Below are positions 1-11,870 of a DNA stretch of 64,000 nt, piece after piece; the first letter of the stretch is position 1, and every line of letters starts with the position of its first letter. This DNA comes from Haliotis rufescens (lineage: Eukaryota), in contig NW_025963779.1 in assembly GCF_023055435.1 (NCBI RefSeq), positions 61,070,001 to 61,134,000 on the forward strand. Direction: 5' to 3'. A model generated the notes under the pieces. It searched no databases, was not told where the DNA came from, and worked only from the letters and a program-made list of their open reading frames with translations. A program made the translations under genes and the position numbers.

Positions 1-93
1 ACAGATTACCATTTTTAATAAGTGAATGTTTCATCAACCTTAACAGGCCGTTGGAGGTGTTATTAGACCTAGTTTAACAAGACGACGACTTAC

Positions 94-129
94 AATCTGC
101 TCCCTGTTCGACACCTTGCCCTTGCGCAT
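94..129 (-). CDS. possible first coding exon (MRKGKVSNREQI) of a gene running off the left edge
   Basis: aagATG context, 12 codons, then a perfect GTAAGT donor; no homology recognised. Confidence 0.25.
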
Positions 130-1341
130 CTTCACCACTCTGTTTATGCAGCAACAGAATTCATTTGGTTCTGTTTGCAATCGTCCCATTGAGATTCATA
201 CCGTTTACAAAGAACAAACTCTGCGCTAAATCCCCCGACCCCAATTCCGTTTCCGTTAACGTTATTCCGTAACGATTGTGAATTCAACCAATTAAACTGC
301 TGTGGAACGCTGAAGTACTTCACGACAAACGGAGATTTTACGTTAATGGGGTGTTGTTAATATCTGCTGGGATTGTAAATCGCCATATTCCATAAGCTGT
401 ACAAATTTATACCAATGATAATGTTGGCGATATTGGAAACTGCCTTGATTCTTTGACTACAATATGTTAACACTCGAAGCTCTTCACGTACGGTATTATT
501 TTGTTTATTTGAGACATATCAAAACATGAGGCAACCAAACCGCTATGATATTGGAATTGTTATATCACACAGCGTGAATGACTGTTTGTTTGGTTCAGAA
601 CTATATGGGCAGGATCCAAGGACAACCATTTCTCACGGAGGAAACTAAAGCGTGTTATGACAGAACTGAGGGTTTAACGTCCTTAGGGACAGCCTTTAAA
701 CAATCGTTGCTAGGGGCTTAAGTTTACCGGAATTTCGAGGCATGAATTCTTGCTCTATATTTGATAAACATTTAAGATATATTCCAATCAGTTTAACAAG
801 TACCCGTGGGGGGTACTTGATAATGATTCACACACGATACATAGCTATGATTCAATTACAACAGATTAATTCAACACATGAATTAAGGCGGGCGTCGCAC
901 TATCTGCACTGGCTTGCTCAATATATATAAACATGTTCACGAACAGATTCTTTATGTAGTATAACTAAAAATAACGAATGTTGTATTCTTCCTAATATAT
1001 TTTGTTGTGGAATAAAGTGATTGTTGCCAGTTATATATTTGTTTTCTTCCGCGTGAAGTATCACAGCGATATACATGTATCATCAAATGTACCTCTTAAC
1101 ATAGAAACCGCCGGGCAGAAGAAAGTATATACTTGAAAATTTGATTTGATCAAACATTACAAACATCATCATAATGTTACTAGGCTAAATACAGTCGCTG
1201 AAACATTGCAAACTTAATGTCCAAAACACAACTATGATACTCGTTTCAAATACATCACTATCAAATAACCAAATGTCCACTTGGCTTTGAACCAGGTGAG
1301 TTAGAAATCAACCCACATATTTATGTATTTACATCTACCAG

Positions 1342-1448
1342 GGCGCATTTGCGCAAAGCGATCTTAGCGCTAAGATGATTGTAACACCCATACTATAACA
1401 TAGACATACAATAGTCGTAGCACTAAGATGGCTTTGTGCAAGTGGACC
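1342..1448. mobile_element. diverged copy of the ~107-bp MITE
   Basis: Inverted ends and the shared cccatact...aacat core. Confidence 0.65.
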
Positions 1449-2642
1449 TTGATGTGGAATGAAAGTAACACACGCGAATATGAACTGTGCTTCACCAAGG
1501 GTCAGAAATGACTGTTTTGAAAGAAACGATTATCACTGGATATAAAAAGGACAAAATAGCACTTAGCGGCAGATAACTCTGTTATTGCCTCTGATGCACT
1601 GATGCACTGATGCACTGATGCACGGAGGATGGGATGTTCCACGCATCAGCCAGTAACATTCTAGCTATATCATGTATATTCTTGAAAATCATGAAATTTA
1701 CCCAGGATAGCTAGTGGTTGATAGCGTGAGCAGAGGTTGGCGCTGTCGGGGAAGATCGCACAATGCAACCACCACATTATATTACTCTCAAGACAAGCAG
1801 ACAGACCGGGGAACTCTTCTGGTCTCGAGCCCCTACAGGAGTTAGAACCAAGGAGGATGGGATATTCTCTGAACGTACAAATATCCGTCAAAGGCTGGGA
1901 AGGAACGTTAAATCAAATCTTATACGTTGAAGTGATTTACATTTGAAATGCTTTACAAAACTTTTGTATGTTCAGTCCCGCCAGACGCCCCATCCACTAG
2001 GCCATGGAGGCGGTCCTTGAACATGGATGCCTGATCACCCGGTATAGAACACATGGATATCTGAACGTCCAAATATCCGTCATAGGACGGGAAATCACAA
2101 ACTAGATGCTTTTGTGAGACTGGTATGTCCAATTCCATCCTCGATTATGTCCTGTATATCTTGCTGCTGTCACGTGAATCCGATTTGAATGACACGGGGC
2201 TAAAAATAGCTGTCCAATCAAATTATACCTACGAGCAAGAGACGTTCTGTGCAAAGTTACTCCTTAGAGAGGAGATTGTGACGTCAATTCACAAACAAAG
2301 TTATGTAAGCGACAGGCCCAGGGTGCTTCAAACCTATAACTATGCCTTTAGGAGGTCATATTTTACTTAAAAAGATGTCGTTATTACTTTTTCTTCCTTA
2401 ATGTGGTTTATCTAATAAAACGGCCTCTGTTGGGTGAGCGAATATTCCTCGCCATCGGGGTTTGGGAACACGTGATCAGTCGGCATACTTTTAACTTTTA
2501 GGGGCTGACCATTTGTTAATTCTCTCTCTTTCTTTTGAAAAAAATAATGTTTCCAAAAAATCCTGAAAAAAATGTTTCCAGGCATTTCGCATTATAATAA
2601 ACAGTTCGCATGGCCTGTTGGATGTGTTGCAAAAATAATGTA

Positions 2643-4194
2643 AACTACCGGGCAAAAGAAAGTTTTCACTTTAAAAATAGTTGTATAAAAAGCAAAAAAG
2701 CTGGTACAGGTTTGAACCCCCGCAGAAAACATTCGCCCAAATGCAACATGACCACAACCACAACGCAGATTTTCGAACGCAGCTTTCCAAATCATGCATT
2801 GTTGAAAACGTGCAAAACGTGATTTTGAGACATTGGTCCAAATGCACGTGTGATTGTGGCATAAATACCGACGTTGGACAGAGCAGGCATTCAGTAAGCA
2901 AAAAAACACCAAGAATATGCCCAGACTTACACAAGCGCAAAGAGACAGAGCGATCGGTATGGCAAATATGGGGGCTACTAAACGTCAGATGGCCAGAACC
3001 TTCAACTGCTCCCAGACCACCATGAGCAAGTTGATAATCCGCTACCAACAGACAGGACAGACTCAAGACCGGCCAAGATCGGGAAGACCGAGAGTGACAA
3101 CACCGGCCGAAGACCGCTACATCCGGCAGATTCACCTCCGAAACAGATGTGTGACGGCGACGTCAACGGCGGCAACAGCACTAGGGCATGCCATCAGCAG
3201 ACGAACAGTCCTTCGACGACTTCGTACGGCTGGTATACGAGCCTACCGACCCTTCCGTTGAATGGCCTTGACCCGTCTACACCGTCAACGCAGACTGCAA
3301 TGGGCACGAACTGTACGTCGGTGGCAGCGACGTGACTGGGCGAGAGTGCTCTTTACAGATGAAAGTCGGTTCTGTCTGTTCAGGAACGATGGCAGAGTTC
3401 GAGTTTTTCGACGAAGGGGAGAGCGACTAGCGCCAAACAGCATTAGAGAAGTTCACCCGTTTGGAGGTGGAGGCGTCATGGTATGGGGTGGCATTTGTGG
3501 CCAGCTTACAACACGGCTGGTTATCACCCGAGGAACCCTGAATGCTCAGCGATACAGGGATGAAGTGTTGAGACCTGTTGTGGTGCCCTTTATTCAACAT
3601 CAGCCAAGAGGATTAATTTTGCAACAAGACAACGAAAGGCCTCACACCGCCCGAATTGTTCAAGACTACCTGAACAACGTTAACGTCAACGTATTGCCCT
3701 GGCCACATTGTTCTCCAGACTTTAACCCCATTGAACATTTCTGGGATCATCTTGATCGTCAGCTGAGACAACATGTACCGCCTCCAGCGAACCGACAGGA
3801 ACTTGAACAGGCTCTATTGAACTTATGGAACAGGATTCCTGTTGACGTTATCCGCCGACTGACGACGTCAATTAGGAGGCGTGTGTTGGCGTGCATGGAT
3901 GCCCAGGGTGGTCACAATCGCTATTGATGACGTGTTACCTGACTACTGGGTCATTAATGGACCCTTCATGCACTTTTTCAATGAACTCTGATTTGTGTCA
4001 TTTTTAATTTGGACCCCTTGACTCTTTCTTTGTGTATTGCGGAGAATGCAATATCGGCATTACAATGCATTTTCATTCTAATTCATGGAAAATGATTTCT
4101 GTTTATAAATTTATCATCATAAATCTCACATATGCCTTTGTTTTTGGTGTTTGGTCAAGTGAAGTCGGTGGAAACTTTCTTTTTCCCGGTAGTT
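2643..4194 (+). mobile_element. full-length Tc1 (DD34E) DNA transposon
   Basis: 27-bp TIRs AACTACCGGG(C/A)AAAAGAAAGTTT(T/C)CAC, TA TSDs at 2641-2642 and 4195-4196, internal transposase. Confidence 0.95.
2917..3927 (+). pseudogene. Tc1 transposase (336 codons) with one in-frame TGA at 3259-3261
   Basis: ORFs 2854-3261 and 3262-3927 share a frame; HTH, GRPR, FTDESRF, QQDN and SPDFNPIE motifs, with 34 residues between the second D and E. Confidence 0.93.
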
Positions 4195-4363
4195 TAGTCT
4201 TGAGACAAAACTTTCGTTCAAAAAGAATATGTTTTGAATCGCTGAATGAAAGAATAGTCTGTCGCTAATGTAAAAGATACTTAGAATACTCGGGGCCTAT
4301 AATTTCTTCCCCGGAATTCACATAGAGGTTATGATCTCAAGGAATTCTCTACGAGGTAATGGT

Positions 4364-4874
4364 CATCTTCCCGAGGCAAGGGAGTTAACTATAAAAGTCC
4401 AATTTCCACCCTTGCCGAACAAGGCTGGAATTTCCAGATTCGATCGTAGCGCCACCACTATGTCCCTCCTATTGAATAATCAGATTCCACCTCTCATATC
4501 ACTTGCATATGCTTCAAAGAAAATGGTGGCGCCGTCAAGACGATCTGATCGATGATCAAGATATATATTGTAATAAAAGGGGTCTAACATCGCGAAGTGC
4601 ATCAGATCACGTGAGCACCTTGATAAAAACCATGAAAAGATTTATCTGTCGACGCACAATTGACGGTACACATTCTTTGCAAATCCTGCAATCGACGGAA
4701 ATCTGAAAGTTGAAATCCACGTTGTTACAAACGGGATGTCGATTTCGTCACGCGATTTTGGTCGGACTAGGCATATACTCGTTAGTTCAGCCAAAATATA
4801 ACTCCATAATTGCAGCCCATTTCGGCAAGGTTGGAAACTGAACAGTCAGTTAACTCCCTTGCCTCATGAAGATG
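4364..4874. mobile_element. MITE with ~55-bp TIRs (CATCTTC...GGCAAGGGAGTTAACT...CCTTGCCGAA) and 9-bp TSD
   Basis: TIRs seen at both ends; flanks ggtaatggt / ggtaatgtt; other copies at about 20253-21035 and 31743-32116. Confidence 0.8.
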
Positions 4875-5689
4875 GGTAATGTTTTTTCAAAGAGAACGCT
4901 AAATTTCCAGCGTTCGATCTGATACATTTACTTTCAGAAACAGGCTCAGGTACTTCCAAGGGTAACACGGGCCGAGCTCCACCACAGCGCGTGACACTGT
5001 GTCACTGTAAGGATCTTAATTGACGTAAGAAATGGTGTTTCAAGTTTCGTAATACTTATATATGTATTTACTCATTTAGGGTTTCCCATAGGACGTTTGT
5101 TAAAACCTATATCGGATGCAACTGAATAAAAAAAACAGGTAAGACAATACTTATTTCTAAATGGATCTGTGCAGACAAAGTTAGAGCACCAGTGACGTCA
5201 TAACTGCACCCTGAGGCATTCTGGGAGAAGGGTAACGCGGCCATAAGGTTGAATATAAGCTGCTGTTATGGTTTCAATGAACACGGTTATAACGGCGACA
5301 AGGGGAAGCACTATCTGACATCTGGCTAATGGGGTTGTGGTTAATTCAACATCCATGAAACGAGATTTAGATGTCATTCTTTCCAACAAAATACGATTTA
5401 AGAAAATGTATCAATCAGCTGAGGTGACTATATTGCATTGTTTTCCCATGACGCCCATGTAATTGGTTTGTGCGAGTCACGGAGACGGGCAGCTGTATAA
5501 ATGAGGGTAGTCGACTTGGGAGAGAATGCCTTGCGGCTGTACTATACTCTAATTGCTTGATGAATGAGAAAACGTTCACAAGAAACCGAATTATTAGAGT
5601 TGATTATAATACGGATTATGACCATCTATTTATTACATATATTTCCATACGGACTAGTTCTGTAAGCACAAGCAAATTCTTAGGCCACA

Positions 5690-5818
5690 NNNNNNNNNNN
5701 NNNNNNNNNNNNNNNNNNNNNNNNNNNNNNNNNNNNNNNNNNNNNNNNNNNNNNNNNNNNNNNNNNNNNNNNNNNNNNNNNNNNNNNNNNNNNNNNNNNN
5801 NNNNNNNNNNNNNNNNNN
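5690..5818. other. assembly gap (N run)
   Basis: 129 N. Confidence 1.
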
Positions 5819-6680
5819 CATGGAGACTGATGAAAAAGCAACACATTTCTGAACATGTTGTTTGCATGTTACGTTTGGCGCCTATGACGTGTCCCTTGCA
5901 ACAATACAAATACCGCTTACAGCATTATCAGCAATTTGATTGTCTCGGTTGTCTCCCCTTGACTGTTAAATACATGGACACTAAACCAGATGCCGTGGCA
6001 TTGCTGTTTAAATTAAAATAAACTAATTTATTTTTTATCTTATTTTATTTAGATGAATAATTGGCAGGTCTACGTTATAATAACTCCTGAAAAGATAAGG
6101 TGATGATCTCTTTATAAAGCGATTCGATTAAGACACATTTGCCGATGTTGCTATAACTGATGAATACGTTAACAATTTGCACACTCGTGACCTAATATGA
6201 GTGTTACTGCATGTGTGTATCGGTAATGTGATATATTAAAACAAACTACGAGCCTCAGTTGCAATGTGAGTGAATTCTTTAGGGTGTGGACGACCTGTTC
6301 ACCGTGCAAGATAACAGTGATTAATCAATCAACGTGTTATCGATTATTGTTTTGTTGACAACACATCTGACCATTCCTCACTTGCTGCGCTGCCACGTGC
6401 ATATAACATAACACGGAACCCATTCACAACATCTGACCTCTATTTATAACCAAATCTTAGATTGAATAATTACCTCACATAAAAAAATCCATATGAATAC
6501 CTTTGTCAGGTAATATGAGAGGTGCTACCACTAATTACCATTAATTACCTGCATTAAATCTGTTAACAGAGCATCAGGTGAATGACGACAAATACACAGG
6601 TGTAGGGTTATACCACGAAACAGGTGGCCTCCCATTAGTTACCCGTCCCATTTAGCACACACCTTTTTGTTTCATATATA

Positions 6681-6855
6681 CAGTACACTACGGTTATAAC
6701 GAACTCGAAGGGACCACTAATTTTAGTTCGTAATAACCGTAGTTCGTTATAGGCATACATACAGCATTTATACAACAAATGGTCGGGACTAAAAAATAAG
6801 TTCGTTATATCGGTCAGTTCGTTATAAGCGTGTTCGTTATAAACGTAGTTTACTG
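6681..6855. mobile_element. 175-bp pogo/Tigger-like MITE
   Basis: TIR CAGTA(C/A)ACTACG(G/T)TTATAAC; TA on the left flank. Confidence 0.8.
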
Positions 6856-6996
6856 CATTGTTGTAAGATAGGCATATCATACATTCAATACAGATTAGTT
6901 GCCTTTTAGTCATATCAATACATTTCATAATAACATTTGTGCTTGACAGCTTGACAATCAGTATGTATACCTTGGTCTCTGTGGTAACCCTATGTA

Positions 6997-7171
6997 CAGT
7001 AAACTACGGTTAAAACGAACTCAAAGGGACCACTAATTTTAGTTCGTTATGACCGCAGTTCCTTATAAGCATATAAACAGCATAACGACAGCAAATAGTC
7101 GGGACAAAAAAGTAGGTTCGTTATATCCGTCAGTTCGTTATAAGCGTGTTGGTTATAAACGTAGTTTACTG
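6997..7171. mobile_element. second copy of the 175-bp pogo/Tigger-like MITE
   Basis: Same TIRs, TA on both sides, co-linear with 6681-6855. Confidence 0.85.
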
Positions 7172-7222
7172 TACTCCAGTTAGGGCTGGTCCATTACTCG
7201 GTAGGTGTTGTCTTAATGAATC

Positions 7223-7396
7223 GGGGCGGTCGGGTAGCCTAGTGGTTAAAGCGTTCGCTCGTCACGCCGAAGACCCGGGTTCGATTCCCGACATGGGTAC
7301 AATGTGTGAAGCCCATTTCTGGTGTCCCCCGCCGTGATATTGCTGGAATATTGCTAAAAGCGGCGTAAAACCAAACTCACTCACTCACTCACTCAC
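7223..7396 (+). mobile_element. tRNA-derived SINE family A, full length
   Basis: A box TAGCCTAGTGG, B box GGTTCGATTCC, (ACTC)n tail, 12-bp TSD tcttaat(g/t)aatc. Confidence 0.92.
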
Positions 7397-8922
7397 TCTT
7401 AATTAATCCCCTCCTGGCCTCTACCCTGGCTGTGTAACAACTGGGAATATGGTGTGGGACAAATGGGACGTGCAACTAATGGGAGATAACAACGTAAGAC
7501 GAATGACAAGGGAGCAGCAATTAGGGACACTGATGACTTTATTTTCTGTTCAGCTTACATCCGATAGCCCAAAGCATAGAATAATCATGCAATGGCAAAC
7601 AGGGCTTTCATTTACATCCGCAAATAAATCATTTTTTTTAATTATAGGTCTCGGTATTGATATGACATTATTACACGATTAAATATCAAGCTCTGAAACG
7701 CAGAAATGGGATCCAAATCAACATCAGTCATGTTATCATCCGCGCAATCCGAAATCCGAAAATGCTTTCCCTCCATTGATACCTGTTCCTATCAAACTAT
7801 AACCATCAGGGATATTTTCAAATAACGGCATCCGATGAGCTTCCACCGTTCTTTTTGTCTATTTGCTTAGGTAGAAATTAATCAACATGCGCCCTTTGTA
7901 ATTTCTCAATGTTCGTAGATCTCGGGTAACCGATCAGTGTTGCCTCAAAGTATATTTCCGCTGTCCTTACAGACAGTAGCCCAGTCTCTTGTCACGCTCA
8001 GTTGCGTTAGGCCAGCAAATCTGCACACTGCAGCTAATGAACCCCAGCAGCAGGGTAAGAAAGCCAGGTAGAAGCCAGAGCCTAGTGCCCCTTTAATATG
8101 AACTAGCTCAGAACCAACATTGGGCGCCAAAATATCGACCATAAAATGAGTCCCGTCGTGGGATTCAAAACACTTCTGAGAATTGTTTCTTTTCAAGTTT
8201 GTATTGTAACTGAAGTTAAATACTCATTAACGCTTGGAACACTCCCCTTCTAAGTGTGAGCCTTAAATTACGTCAAATTGGAATGCAAGGACGCCATTAT
8301 AATAGATGACGTCATGTGCGTGGATCATTGCTCATAATATCAATCACTTATGTGTCTGGTCCAGACTCGGTTATTTACAGGCAGGAATATTGATGAGTGA
8401 AACAAAAAACAAACATGTCGTCATTCGGAATACAGGCACCTCGTTTTTTAATTTCGTTATCAAGCCTTATTTGTATGTTTAGCAGGATTGAGTGAGTGTT
8501 GTTTTAAACCGCCATCAGCAACACTCCTGGCAACGTACCACTTTTGGTACGCGCGATTCGGAGGTGCATTTGGAAGGTATTCAGGACTCGGCAGTGTGTT
8601 ACCCGACACGCAAATAGAATGGTATTTGGGACGCAGATTCAACTTTTCTAATAAATTGATGGTGCACGTAAAACATTCCTTCATACACTATATTTTATTT
8701 ATTTAATTTTTTTTCGATATGTTTTCAGTTATTTCAGTAACTTCAAATCTCACCCTTTTCTCAATGCTTTTAAGATCTGTGTTGAATAGCATTCGGGGAT
8801 CGGATGGACAATAAGACTACATTGTATTCGGGATTCAGGGGACGGTGAAGTTGAAATCCTCATACATGGCTTCAAAACTTAAAAAGACCTTGTTTCCATG
8901 ATGAATTTATCAGTAATCTTTT

Positions 8923-10137
8923 GGCAGGGATTCTGCGCCCTTTAATGACAGGGATTCAGCGCCCTACGATGACAGGGATTCTGCGCCCTACGATGACAGG
9001 GATTCTGCGCCCTACGATGACAGGGATTCTGCGCCCTTTGATGACAGGGATTCTGCGCCCTTTGATAGCAGGGATTCAGCGCCCTACGGTGGCAGGAATT
9101 CAGCGCCCTACGGTGGCAGGAATTCAGCGCCCTACGGTGGCAGGAATTCAGCGCCCTACGGTGGCAGGGAGTCAGCGCCCTACGGTGGCAGGAATTCAGC
9201 GCCCTACGGTGGCAGGAATTCAGCGCCCTACGGTGGCAGGGAGTCAGCGCCCTACGATGGCAGGAATTCAGCGCCCTACGGTGGCAGGAATTCAGCGCCC
9301 TACGGTGGCAGGAATTCAGCGCCCTACGGTGGCAGGGAGTCAGCGCCCTACGGTGGCAGGAATTCAGCGCCCTACGGTGGCAGGGAGTCAGCGCCCTACG
9401 GTGGCAGGGAGTCAGCGCCCTACGGTGGCAGGAATTCAGCGCCCTACGGTGGCAGGAATTCAGCGCCCTACGGTGGCAGGGAGTCAGCGCCCTACGGTGG
9501 CAGGAATTCAGCGCCCTACGGTGGCAGGGAGTCAGCGCCCTACGGTGGCAGGGAGTCAGCGCCCTACGGTGGCAGGAATTCAGCGCCCTACGGTGGCAGG
9601 GAGTCAGCGCCCTACGGTGGCAGGGAGTCAGCGCCCTACGGTGGCAGGAATTCAGCGCCCTACGGTGGCAGGAATTCAGCGCCCTACGGTGGCAGGGAGT
9701 CAGCGCCCTACGGTGGCAGGAATTCAGCGCCCTACGGTGGCAGGGAGTCAGCGCCCTACGGTGGCAGGGAGTCAGCGCCCTACGGTGGCAGGAATTCAGC
9801 GCCCTACGGTGGCAGGGAGTCAGCGCCCTACGATGGAAGGCATTCAGCGCCCCACGATGGCAGACATTCGACGCCCTATCTCTATGATAGCAGGGATTCA
9901 GCGCCCTACGGTGGCAAGGAGTCACCGCCCTACGATGGCAGGGATTCAGCGCTCTATAGTGGCAGAGACTCAGTGCCCTATCGTCATGATAGCAGGGATT
10001 CGTCGCCCTACGACGACAGGGATTCAGCGCTCTATAATGGCAGAGACTCAGTGCCCTATCGTCATGATAGCAGGGATTCGTCGCCCTACGACGACAGGGA
10101 TTCAGCGCTCTATAATGGCAGAGACTCAGCGCCTCAT
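8923..10137 (+). repeat. 24-bp GC-rich minisatellite (GGCAGG[AAT/GAG/GAT]TCAGCGCCCTACGGT), about 50 units; possibly coding
   Basis: Directly visible tandem array with a homogeneous core and diverged ends. Confidence 0.97.
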
Positions 10138-10864
10138 GGATATTGTAGATACCAGTTGACTGACGAAGGAAATATTACAGCCAAGCGAGGAAGTGCCTGT
10201 GAGCTTTTGGGTGCTTTTCTAGAAAGTACTTATGCATTATATATAGTAATGTGTAGTGCTTCAAGCAGACTTCTAAGAAGCACCCACGCATGTACATGTA
10301 TTCACTTACAAATAATTGATGATTGCAGTCTGCATTGTCTTAGATGTTGCTGTCATTATTTCTTCGGAGGTTTCACCTCTAGTAATACTTATGAGTAAGG
10401 AAAGCATTGTAGAGCGTTAAAATCAAGTTGTTTGGGAGCGCTGGCAACTCTTTTGCTTTCATTAATGGCATTTTCCGAGTACATGCTTGCAGTATAACAC
10501 CAACACACATTTTGTAATTTCATTTTCTTCGTTCTTTAACTGATTCCAGATGCCTGACGCTTGTAAAGTGATAGCCCGACAAATATTAAACAACCTGAAG
10601 TCCCATGATTACAGAGAAGGAAACACCCGTTAATGCGGATGGTATCGTTTCCAGTGAAAGTCCGGGTTAACAAATGTCCTTATTAACGAATCAGTAATGA
10701 TCTTCGTATATATGTAGATGTTAATAAGGGGCTTGTCCGGAAGGTGGGGTTCTGGATTAACGGAGGCCGGACTGTTGTCTGGTTTGTCCATGTTTGCAAA
10801 TCTCGATATTTCCCAATCTAGTACCTAATGACAGGTAAACTAAAACTACACACTCCTCACAACC

Positions 10865-11870
10865 TATTTGTCACTTCCCAATTGTCATCACCCATTTGTC
10901 ACCTCTGACCTGTGACCACATATTTGTCACCTCCGACCTGTCATTACCCATTTGTCATCACATATTTGTCACCTCCGACCTGTCATCACGCCTTTCTCAT
11001 CACATATTTGTCACCTCTGACCCGTCTTCACCCGTTTGTCACCTCCGACCTGTCATCACCAATTTGTCACCTCTTACCTGTCATCACCCATTTGTCATCA
11101 ATTATTTATCACCTCCGACCTGTCATCACGCCTTTCTCATCACATATTTGTCACCTCTGACCCGTCTTCACCCGTTTGTCACCTCCGACCTGTCATCACC
11201 AATTTGTCACCTCTTACCTGTCATCACCCATTTGTCATCAATTATTTATCACCCCCGACCTGTCATCACGCCTTTCTCATCACATATTTGTCACCTCTGA
11301 CCCGTCTTCACCCGTTTGTTACCTCCGACCTGTCATCACCCATTTGTCACCTCTTACCTGTCATCACCCATTTGTCATCACATATTCGTCACCTCCGACC
11401 TGTCATCACCCATTTGTCACCTCTTACCTGTCATCACCCATTTGTCATCACATATTTGTCACCTCCGACCTGTCACCACCCATTTGTCATCACATATTTA
11501 TCACCTCCAACCTATCATCACCCATTTGTCACCACATACGTGATACATCCGACCTGTCTTCACCCATTTGTCACAACATATTTGTCACCTCTGACCTGTC
11601 TTCACCCGTTTGTCACCTCCGATCTGTCATCACCCATTTGTCACCTCCGACCTGTCATCACCCATTTGTCATCAATTATTTATCACCTCCAACCTGTCAT
11701 CACCCATTTGTCATCACATACGTGTCACATCCGACCTGTCATCACCCATTTGTCACTTCCGACCTGTCGTCACCCATTTGTCATCACATATTCGTCACCT
11801 CCGACCTGTCATCAACCATTTGTCACTTCCGACCTGTCATCACCCATTTGTCACCACATATTAGTCACAA
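10865..11870. repeat. 14-bp-monomer satellite with a 140-bp higher-order repeat
   Basis: Monomers TGTCACCTCCGACC, TGTCATCACCCATT, TGTCATCACATATT; near-identical blocks at 10961, 11101 and 11241. Confidence 0.95.

Noticed and set aside
1858-2100. ~45-bp dispersed direct repeat as part of a coding gene
   Set aside because: No consistent ORF or splice structure; origin unresolved
3259-3261. Programmed read-through or selenocysteine in the transposase
   Set aside because: No supporting signal seen; a simple nonsense mutation is more parsimonious
7223-7295. Functional tRNA gene
   Set aside because: tRNA-like head continues into a SINE body and tail with TSDs; many dispersed copies
8921-10159. 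412-aa VAGIQRPT ORF and antisense 327-aa CHRRALNS ORF as real proteins
   Set aside because: Expected by-products of a 24-bp unit lacking stops; substitutions are non-conservative in these frames
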